Of a DNA stretch of 45,684 nucleotides, positions 38,492-45,684 are shown piece after piece (position 1 is the first letter of the stretch; each line of letters starts with the position of its first letter). The stretch is from positions 1 to 45,684 of the forward strand of contig JBKPDT010000240.1 in assembly GCA_046728035.1 (NCBI GenBank). The letters are read 5' to 3'. The DNA is from Candidatus Methylomirabilota bacterium (GTDB lineage Bacteria; Methylomirabilota; Methylomirabilia; Rokubacteriales; CSP1-6). The notes below the pieces were generated by a model that did not search any database, was not told where the DNA came from, and saw only the letters and a list, made by a program, of their open reading frames with translations. Position numbers and translations under genes: made by a program.

Positions 38492-39326
38492 CAGGTGGTA
38501 TGCGCCGTCCCCGCCGTCGCGCCCGCGGCCGGTCGAGGGTGGGCTCAAGGTCCGCAGCGCCAGCGGCGCGATCGGCCAGACCTGGTGGTCCGAACGGTTC
38601 GTCGAGGTCCTGGAGGACATCGGCATAGGCAACCGGCTGCAGCGCGGCCGCAGCTACGCCCGCAAGGGCCAGGTCATCTCGCTCGACGTGGACGCCGGCA
38701 CCGTCACCGCCCACGTCCAGGGCAGCCGGGCGCGGCCCTACCGCGTGCGCGTCGGCCTCACCGCCTTCGGCAAACTCGAGTGGGCCCGGGTGGAACGCGC
38801 GCTGGTGGACGACGCTTGGTACGTGGCCACGCTGCTCACCGGTGAGATGCCCGAGGACATCGAAGCGGTCTTCGCCGGTCAGGGGCTCTCGCTGTTTCCG
38901 GTGTCGGCGGGGGAGCTGTCCATGGACTGCTCCTGCCCCGACCGGGAGGTGCCCTGCAAGCACATCGCCGCCGCGTTCTACCTGTTGGCCGAGGCGTTCG
39001 ACGACGACCCGTTCACCATCCTCGCCTGGCGAGGCCGGGAGCGGGAAGACCTGCTGGCCAACCTGCAGGCCGCCCGCGCCGACGGCCTGCCCGCCGCCGA
39101 CCAGGCCGAGTGCGCCGGCTCGCCGCTCACGGCCTGCCTGGACACCTACTTCGCGCGGCAGGCCGAGATCCCCGCCACGAACCCACCCACCAGTTCGAGG
39201 ACGGCGCTGCTGGACCAGCTGCCACCGATCGAAGTCACCGTCCGCGGACGCTCGTTGCCCGACCTCCTACGGCCCGCCTACCTGGTGCTCGGGGAGGGCG
39301 CGCCGCCCGGCACGCCACCCGCCTGA
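38484..39326 (+). CDS. SWIM zinc-finger domain protein
   Basis: RLQRGRSYARKG, CSCPD...PCKH; overlaps the SNF2 stop. Confidence 0.92.
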   Translation: MSDRWYAPSPPSRPRPVEGGLKVRSASGAIGQTWWSERFVEVLEDIGIGNRLQRGRSYARKGQVISLDVDAGTVTAHVQGSRARPYRVRVGLTAFGKLEWARVERALVDDAWYVATLLTGEMPEDIEAVFAGQGLSLFPVSAGELSMDCSCPDREVPCKHIAAAFYLLAEAFDDDPFTILAWRGREREDLLANLQAARADGLPAADQAECAGSPLTACLDTYFARQAEIPATNPPTSSRTALLDQLPPIEVTVRGRSLPDLLRPAYLVLGEGAPPGTPPA

Positions 39327-39737
39327 GGCTCGTCCGGTGCGTCCACGTCCACGGTTCAGCGGGTCGTCGCGCTCCCGGTGCCACGGTGACCCTTCGGAAT
39401 TACGGAACCTGCTGGCGATTCACGGGCACGGCCATCTTCCACACCGGACCGCGGGGCATGTTCCCATTGGTGTCAGCAGCGTGAGATCGGCGTGGGCGCC
39501 GATCGCGACTGGGCCCCGCTCGGGCTCATCGAAGGCTTGGTCGGCGGTCCCCGCCGTGAGGCGTGCACGGCATCGAGGATCGGGACCCGTTCGCCTCGGA
39601 GAGCTACGCAGGCAAGGGCCCGAGACGACGGATAACGTCGGCCATCGCCGGCTGTGCAAACGAATCAGTTGATAGTGGTCCTGTGGGGGATTGAATCAGT
39701 CGAGCGGCGCGGACGCGCCGGGCAGGGAGCAAGGACG

Positions 39738-41105
39738 ATGACCCAGCAGAGCCTGTCGGCGATGGCGGAGCGTCACCTGTGGGGTCATTTCACCACGATG
39801 AAGCCCGGCATCGACGAGACGCGGGTCATCGAGCGGGGCGACGGCTGCTACGTCTGGGATCACAAGGGCAACCGATACCTCGACGGCCTGGCCGGGCTCT
39901 TCGTGAGCCAGGTCGGCCATGGTCGTACCGAGCTCGCCAAGGCCGCGAGCGCGCAGGCGGAGAAGCTCGGCTACTTCCCGATCTGGACCTACGCCCACCC
40001 CACCGCGATCCAACTGGCGGCCCGCCTGGCCGAGCTCGCCCCCGGCGATCTGAACCGGGTGTTCTTCACGACCGGCGGCTCCGAGGCCGTCGAGTCCGCG
40101 TGGAAGCTCGCCCGGCAGTACTTCCGTCTCACCGGCGAACCCGGGCGCCACAAGGTCATCAGCCGATACCTCTCCTACCACGGCACGTCGATGGGCGCCC
40201 TCTCCATCACCGGCCTGGCCGAGCTCCGGATGCCCTTCGAGCCGCTCGTGCCGGGTGCGCGCAAGGTGGCCAACACGAACCGCTACCGGTGCAGTTTGTG
40301 CGCGCATGCCTCCGCTTGCACGCTCGCGTGTGCCGCCGACATCGAGGCCATGATCGTGCGGGAAGGGCCAGAGTCCGTGGCTGCCGTGTTCGTCGAGCCG
40401 GTCCAGAACGCCGGCGGGTGCTTCGTGCCGCCGGAGGGCTATTTCGCGAAGCTCCGCGAGATCTGTGATCGCTACGGCGTGCTGCTCGTGTCCGACGAGG
40501 TGATCTGCGCATACGGCCGACTCGGTCACTGGTTCGGCGCCCAGCGCTACGGCTATCGGCCGGACATCATCACCACCGCGAAGGGCCTTACCTCCGGCTA
40601 CTCCCCCCTCGGCGCCATGCTCGTGAGCGACCGCCTGGCCCAGCCCTTCGTGGGCACCGGGAAGTCTTTCCTGCACGGATTCACCTTCGCCGGCCACCCC
40701 GTGAGCTGTGCCGTGGCCCTGGCCAACCTCGACGTGTTCGAGTCCGAGGACCTGCTCCAGCACGTCCGGACGAACGAGCACCTGTTCCGCAAGGCGCTCG
40801 ACGACCTCTCCGACCTGCCGATCGTTGGCGAAGTGCGCGGCGCCGGCTACTTCTACGGGATCGAGCTGGTGAAGGACCGCGACTCCCAAGCGACCTTCAC
40901 CAGCGATGAGAGCGACCACCTGCTGCGCGGGTTCCTTTCCAACCGGCTCCTCGAGCTCGGCCTGATCTGCCGCGCCGACGACCGAGGTGAGCCGGTCGTG
41001 CAGCTCTCACCGCCGCTCATCGCCGGGCCGGAGCAGTTCGAGGAGATCAACCGCGTCCTCCGCCAGGCCCTCACCGAGGCCATGGCCGAGATGCGCCTCG
41101 GGTAG
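39738..41105 (+). CDS. Class III PLP aminotransferase (polyamine/omega-amine type)
   Basis: YLDGLAGL, GGSEAVE, YHG, SDEVICAYGR, TTAKGLTSGY, HGFTFAGHP; start trimmed to MTQQ. Confidence 0.93.
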   Translation: MTQQSLSAMAERHLWGHFTTMKPGIDETRVIERGDGCYVWDHKGNRYLDGLAGLFVSQVGHGRTELAKAASAQAEKLGYFPIWTYAHPTAIQLAARLAELAPGDLNRVFFTTGGSEAVESAWKLARQYFRLTGEPGRHKVISRYLSYHGTSMGALSITGLAELRMPFEPLVPGARKVANTNRYRCSLCAHASACTLACAADIEAMIVREGPESVAAVFVEPVQNAGGCFVPPEGYFAKLREICDRYGVLLVSDEVICAYGRLGHWFGAQRYGYRPDIITTAKGLTSGYSPLGAMLVSDRLAQPFVGTGKSFLHGFTFAGHPVSCAVALANLDVFESEDLLQHVRTNEHLFRKALDDLSDLPIVGEVRGAGYFYGIELVKDRDSQATFTSDESDHLLRGFLSNRLLELGLICRADDRGEPVVQLSPPLIAGPEQFEEINRVLRQALTEAMAEMRLG

Positions 41106-41110
41106 CGGTC

Positions 41111-41281
41111 GATGTCGTGAGCGGCAACGGTCTGGAGGACACCGAGGTGCTCTGCAACGACAGCACACACCTGCTCGAGCTGGTGAACGGCGGGATCCGG
41201 GAGATCCGGGGCGTGCGCACCGTGGAGGTTTCGACCTACCTGCGGCTCCTCAAGCAGACCTACTCCTGGGGCACCGGGTGA
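41111..41281 (+). pseudogene. Lrp/AsnC regulator C-terminal remnant
   Basis: EVLCNDSTHLLELVNGGIREIRGVRTVEVSTYLRLLKQTYSWGTG*; HTH missing. Confidence 0.7.
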
Positions 41282-41370
41282 TCGGCCACCTCAGCGCCTG
41301 TGAGCACGCATCGCAGAACGCCCGGAGGTAGCGTCGCTGGGCGAGGTAGCTCTCGTCCCGGGAGGTCGAC

Positions 41371-42642
41371 GTGATGCGAACCCGCCCGATCCGCCGGACG
41401 TTGGCCGCGTTGTTCGTCGGGGCCACCGCCGTCGCCAGCGGCGCGGCCTCGCCGGGCGAGGCGCCGGCGGCGCCACTGTCGTCGTTTGGGGGCCGCCCGC
41501 TCGAGGTCCGTATCGCCACCTTCAACGCGTCGTTGAACCGCACCGCCACGGGTGAGCTGATCGAGCACCTGTCGTCCCCGGGCAACGCGCAAGCGGCGAC
41601 CGTGGCCGAGATCATCCAGCGGGTGCGACCCGATGTGCTGTTGATCAACGAGTTCGACTTCGACGCGGACGGCACCGCTGCCGAGCTGTTCCAGCAGAAC
41701 TACCTGTCGGTGCCGCACAACGGCGCGGCGCCGATCGAGTACCCGTACCACTTCGTCGCCCCCTCCAACACCGGGATCCCGTCGGGCTTCGACCTCAACA
41801 ACGACGGCTCGATCGGCGGGCCGGACGATGCACTCGGCTTCGGGTTCTTCCCCGGCCAGTTCGGCATGGCCGTGTACTCGATGCACCCGATCGTGCTCGA
41901 TGACGTCCGCACCTTCCAGACGTTCCTGTGGGCCGACATGCCCGGCGCCCTGTTGCCCGACGATCCGGCGACCGCCGAACCGGGCGACTGGTTCTCGGCC
42001 GCCGAGCTGGGCGCGGTGCGCCTCTCGTCGAAGTCGCACTGGGATCTGCCGATCGACATCGACGGTCGCGTCGTGCACTTTCTCGTCAGCCACCCCACGC
42101 CCCCGGTGTTCGACGGGCCCGAGGACCGCAACGGCCGCCGCAACCACGACGAGATCCGCTTCTGGGCCGACTACGTACGGCCGGGTCGAGCGTCCGCCTA
42201 CATCTACGACGACGCCGGGCAGTCGGGCGGGCTGGCGCCCGGGGCCCGGTTCGTCATCGCCGGCGACCAGAACGCCGACCCGATCGACGGCGACAGCGTG
42301 CCCGGTGCCGCCCAGCTGCTGCTCGAACACCCCCGGGTGAACACGTCGGTGACGCCGTCGAGCGACGGGGCGGTGGATGCCGCGGCGCGCCAGGGCGGCG
42401 CCAACCTGGCCCATCGCGGCGACCCCGCCTTCGACACGGCGGACTTCGCCGACTCCGCTCCGGGGAACCTGCGGGTCGACTACGTGTTGCCGTCGAGGCC
42501 GCTGCGGATCGTCGACGCCGGGGTCTTCTGGCCCACAGCCGACGACCCGCTGTTCCGCCTGGTCGGTGACTTCCCCTTCCCGAGCTCCGACCACCGGCTC
42601 ACCTGGATCGACGTCACCGTTCCCGGCGGACCGCGTCGGTAG
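41371..42642 (+). CDS. Secreted endonuclease/exonuclease/phosphatase (EEP) family protein
   Basis: Signal peptide; ATFNAS, LINEFD, HPTPP, GDQNAD, RVDYVL, SDH. Confidence 0.92.
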   Translation: MMRTRPIRRTLAALFVGATAVASGAASPGEAPAAPLSSFGGRPLEVRIATFNASLNRTATGELIEHLSSPGNAQAATVAEIIQRVRPDVLLINEFDFDADGTAAELFQQNYLSVPHNGAAPIEYPYHFVAPSNTGIPSGFDLNNDGSIGGPDDALGFGFFPGQFGMAVYSMHPIVLDDVRTFQTFLWADMPGALLPDDPATAEPGDWFSAAELGAVRLSSKSHWDLPIDIDGRVVHFLVSHPTPPVFDGPEDRNGRRNHDEIRFWADYVRPGRASAYIYDDAGQSGGLAPGARFVIAGDQNADPIDGDSVPGAAQLLLEHPRVNTSVTPSSDGAVDAAARQGGANLAHRGDPAFDTADFADSAPGNLRVDYVLPSRPLRIVDAGVFWPTADDPLFRLVGDFPFPSSDHRLTWIDVTVPGGPRR

Positions 42643-42925
42643 CCGTCAGAGGGCGCTCGCGGGCACCACCAAGATGCTGGTCGCTCGCCCGTCAGCTCGA
42701 CACTTGACGTCAGCTCTCACGGCGCCTGGGCGAGTGCGTCGGCCACTGCGGATGCGCCCCGCCCACCTCAGGGCCTCGAGGGCGCGACCGATCGGCTCGT
42801 CGCCGAGCAACAGGTCCCGGCCGTCGGATCGCACGGCGTCGGCCACGACCCGGGAAGTGCAGCCCGCCGTCGGTGCCCTCGGTCACGGCACCTCCACATC
42901 AATCTCGAATCGGCGATCGGAGCGT

Positions 42926-43525
42926 TCAGTCGCGCGTGGTCAACAAGAGAGCGACGATGTCGACGGAGGAGCGCACATCCGGCTCCTGGCCGGCCAGCAG
43001 ATCCGCGTGCACCGTGGCCTCGGCGATGCGAACCATGGCCGACGCGAGGGCGCCGACGTCGTTGGACAGGTGGAGGGCCCCGCGCTCGACCTCGCGGCGC
43101 AACAGTTCCTCGAGCAGGGTGGTCAGCGTGCGCTTCACCGGGCCGGGCCGCGTCGAGACCCGCAGGAACTGCCCGGGGTCACGCAGCAGGGCCGTCCGCA
43201 ACGAAGCGCTCGTAGCGAGCAGGGTCAGGAAGTTCGCATACACCTCGAGGACGCGGGATCGACCGCTCTGGCGCACACCATGTTCGGCGGCCTGGAACGT
43301 CTCGTATGCGAGCCTCGACAGGACCTCGGCCAGCAGCTGGTCGTGGTTGCCCGCCCAGCGGTAGACGGTGGTGCGGCTGATACCGAGCTCGGAGCCCATC
43401 GCCTGCATATCGAGACGTTGCCCCTTGAGGAAGCGCCGGCGGGCGACGGCCAGTAGGTCGACCCGGGTGGGGGTGTCGCCGTCGGAACGCGAACCATCAG
43501 CCGACGCGCGACCAGGCGTTGTCAT
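42926..43525 (-). CDS. QsdR-like TetR family regulator
   Basis: ARRRFLKGQRLDMQAMGSELGISRTTVYRWAGNHDQLL; start trimmed to MTTPG. Confidence 0.85.
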   Translation of the reverse strand: MTTPGRASADGSRSDGDTPTRVDLLAVARRRFLKGQRLDMQAMGSELGISRTTVYRWAGNHDQLLAEVLSRLAYETFQAAEHGVRQSGRSRVLEVYANFLTLLATSASLRTALLRDPGQFLRVSTRPGPVKRTLTTLLEELLRREVERGALHLSNDVGALASAMVRIAEATVHADLLAGQEPDVRSSVDIVALLLTTRD

Positions 43526-43575
43526 CCGGACCCGATCCGGCCCTGGCTCATGACCAGCAATGGCTGGAGACGGGC

Positions 43576-43632
43576 GTAACACTTGTCTGACGTGTTACAT
43601 CGAGGCCCCGATACGGGCCCGTCCCGTATCGG
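43576..43632. promoter_or_regulatory. Inverted repeats in the divergent intergenic region
   Basis: gtaacac-N9-gtgttac (43576-43598) and hairpin ccgatacggg-N5-cccgtatcgg (43608-43632). Confidence 0.5.
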
Positions 43633-43800
43633 AGCGGGCCGACACGGTACTGCAACATTCCTGCCACCCTACCTCCCGCCCGTGGTGATGTGACCCTGGA
43701 CACATGGAACAATAGTTCGCTACTGTCACACTCGGGCGATCGGTTCGCCGCGCACGGCACCCGCCGGGAACGGATGGGATGCCCGTGAGGGGTTCGACAG

Positions 43801-44655
43801 GTGAGGGGGCCCGTGATCGAACAGCAGTCCGTGCCGGCGGTCGACGCGAACGCCGTCGCCACCGGGGCCGAGCTCACCGTCAACAATCTCGAGGTCGTCT
43901 ACAACGACGTCATGCTCGTGGTGCGAGGCGTCAGCGTCACGGTGCCCCCGGGAGCGGTCGTCGCGCTGCTGGGCGCCAACGGTGCGGGCAAGACAACGCT
44001 GCTGCGCGCGATCACCGGCCTCCTGCCCGTGCACCGGGGCAAGATCACGAAGGGCAGGGTCACGCTCGACGGGCGGGACATCACGACTAACGACCCGGCC
44101 AGCCGGGTGAGGGCCGGGCTGGCCCAGGTCATGGAGGGCCGGCGGATCTTCGGTGAGCTGACGGTGGACGAGAACCTGCGGACCGGTGCGTACACGAGCC
44201 GGGCGACGATGGCCCAGCACTACGAGCGGGTCATGGACCAGTTCCCCCTGCTCCAGCGCCGGCGGCGCCAGACCGCCGGGTACCTGTCGGGGGGCGAGCA
44301 GCAGATGCTGGCGATCGGCCGGGCGCTCATGTCGTCCCCCAGCGTGCTGATGCTCGACGAGCCGTCGTTGGGTCTGGCCCCGAAGGTCGTCGAGCAGATC
44401 CGCGACATCATTGTCGACATCAACTCCCAGGGCACCAGCGTCATGCTGGTCGAGCAGAACGCCACCATGGCGCTGTCGATCGCCGACCACGGCTACGTTC
44501 TCGAGCACGGCCGCGTGGTCAGGGACGGCCCCGGCGCCGAGCTGGTCGCGGACAAGGACATCCGCGAGTTCTACCTCGGCATCGGCGAGGCGGCGGAGCG
44601 CCGGTCGTTCCGTGAGGTGAAGACCTACCGCCGCAAGAAGAGCTGGGGGGCATGA
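43801..44655 (+). CDS. ABC ATP-binding protein (LivF-like)
   Basis: GANGAGKTT, EGRRIF, LSGGEQQM, LDEPSLGL, VEQN. Confidence 0.93.
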   Translation: MRGPVIEQQSVPAVDANAVATGAELTVNNLEVVYNDVMLVVRGVSVTVPPGAVVALLGANGAGKTTLLRAITGLLPVHRGKITKGRVTLDGRDITTNDPASRVRAGLAQVMEGRRIFGELTVDENLRTGAYTSRATMAQHYERVMDQFPLLQRRRRQTAGYLSGGEQQMLAIGRALMSSPSVLMLDEPSLGLAPKVVEQIRDIIVDINSQGTSVMLVEQNATMALSIADHGYVLEHGRVVRDGPGAELVADKDIREFYLGIGEAAERRSFREVKTYRRKKSWGA

Positions 44656-44708
44656 CCGCCATGCGACGCCCCTCGCGGCACGCAGCCACCCGCAGGGGCA
44701 CCTGACCG

Positions 44709-45539
44709 ATGGCCGATACCACCGTGACCACCTCCGAGACGGCCGAGGCGCCTGCCGCCCTCCCGTCCCGCCCGCCCTTACTTCTGCAGGTCGCCGACCT
44801 GACGCTCCGGTTCGGCGGCGTAACGGCGCTTGCCGATGTGAGCTTCCACGTCCTTCCGGACGAGCTGTTCGCCATCATCGGGCCGAACGGCGCGGGCAAG
44901 ACGTCGATCTTCAACTGCCTCTCGGCCGTCTACCGTCCGCAGATCGGGTCGATCCTCCTCGACGGCCACGAACTCGTGGGCACGCGGCCGGCGCGGACCG
45001 CCGAGCTGGGCATCGGCCGCACGTTCCAGAACCTCGGCCTGTTCACCCATCTCACGCTGGTCGACAACCTGCTGCTCGGCCGGCACCACCAGATGCGCAC
45101 CGGCTTCCTGGCGGGTGCCCTCTGGTTCGGCCCCGCCCGGCGGGAGGAGATCGACCACCGCGCCAAGGTCGAGGAGGTCGTCGACCTCCTCGAGCTCAGC
45201 CCCTATCGGCGAGAGCCCGTCGGCCTGCTCCCGTTCGGCATCCAGAAGCGGATCGAGCTGGCCCGGGCTCTGGCGATGGCGCCCAAGCTGCTGCTCCTCG
45301 ACGAGCCGGTCGCCGGGATGAACATCGAGGAGACCGAGGACATGGCCCGGTACATCCTCGAGGTCCGCCAGGAGCTCCGGACGCCGATGATCCTCGTCGA
45401 GCACGACATGCACCTGGTGATGGACATCGCGGACCGGGTGATGGCGCTCGACTTCGGCGTCGCGATCGCCACGGGCTCGCCGGATGACGTCCGGAGCGAT
45501 CCGCGGGTCATCGAGGCCTACCTGGGAGGTTCCGGATGA
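44709..45539 (+). CDS. ABC ATP-binding protein (LivG-like)
   Basis: FGG, GPNGAGKT, RTFQN, LDEPVAG, VEHDM, VIEAYLG. Confidence 0.93.
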   Translation: MADTTVTTSETAEAPAALPSRPPLLLQVADLTLRFGGVTALADVSFHVLPDELFAIIGPNGAGKTSIFNCLSAVYRPQIGSILLDGHELVGTRPARTAELGIGRTFQNLGLFTHLTLVDNLLLGRHHQMRTGFLAGALWFGPARREEIDHRAKVEEVVDLLELSPYRREPVGLLPFGIQKRIELARALAMAPKLLLLDEPVAGMNIEETEDMARYILEVRQELRTPMILVEHDMHLVMDIADRVMALDFGVAIATGSPDDVRSDPRVIEAYLGGSG

Positions 45540-45684
45540 CGACCACCATGCCCGGCGCGGCCGTCCGCGGAGCCGCCGACCTGCTCGGGACCACGCTGCC
45601 GGCGATCCTGCTCCGCCGCGCCGAGGAGACGCCCCGGCGTGTCGCCATGCGCAAGAAGCACCTCGGGGTGTGGAAGCAGTACAC
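45536..45684 (+). CDS. AMP-binding long-chain acyl-CoA synthetase, N-terminus (runs off the window)
   Basis: ATGA overlap; TLPAILLRRAEETPRRVAMRKKHLGVWKQY. Confidence 0.75.
   Translation, partial: MTTTMPGAAVRGAADLLGTTLPAILLRRAEETPRRVAMRKKHLGVWKQY

Noticed and set aside
29151-39326. Complete canonical BREX or DISARM system
   Set aside because: No methyltransferase, BrxA/B/F/L or DrmA/B/C genes are visible, and the SNF2 looks like the common HelZ-SWIM type.
1-45684. Integrase, transposase or prophage genes
   Set aside because: No recombinase, DDE or phage structural motifs were recognised in any frame.

Overview
Very GC-rich actinobacterial DNA; an Acidimicrobiia-like host is an inference from gene content. 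The left ~29 kb is a decaying accessory region. It holds intact ABC exporters, a two-component system, SDR/MDR/VOC/alpha-beta hydrolases, TetR/AraC/MerR regulators, a cyclase-STAND-TPR protein and a CHAD protein. These are interleaved with about 16 gene fragments, a scrambled thiolase gene, a tRNA-Arg 3' remnant that looks like an att site, and a 2x82-bp insertion. The most notable locus is 29151-35337: a TPR gene followed by a 1734-aa protein that fuses a DUF6079/BrxC-like P-loop ATPase to a PglZ-like alkaline-phosphatase-fold domain, with no methyltransferase in the window. It is transcribed divergently from a SNF2 helicase-SWIM pair and is a candidate compact BREX-related system. The right end has a class III aminotransferase, a secreted EEP phosphoesterase, a QsdR-like regulator and the start of a LivF/LivG-type ABC plus acyl-CoA ligase operon. 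All family assignments come from motif recognition by eye; no database searches were run.
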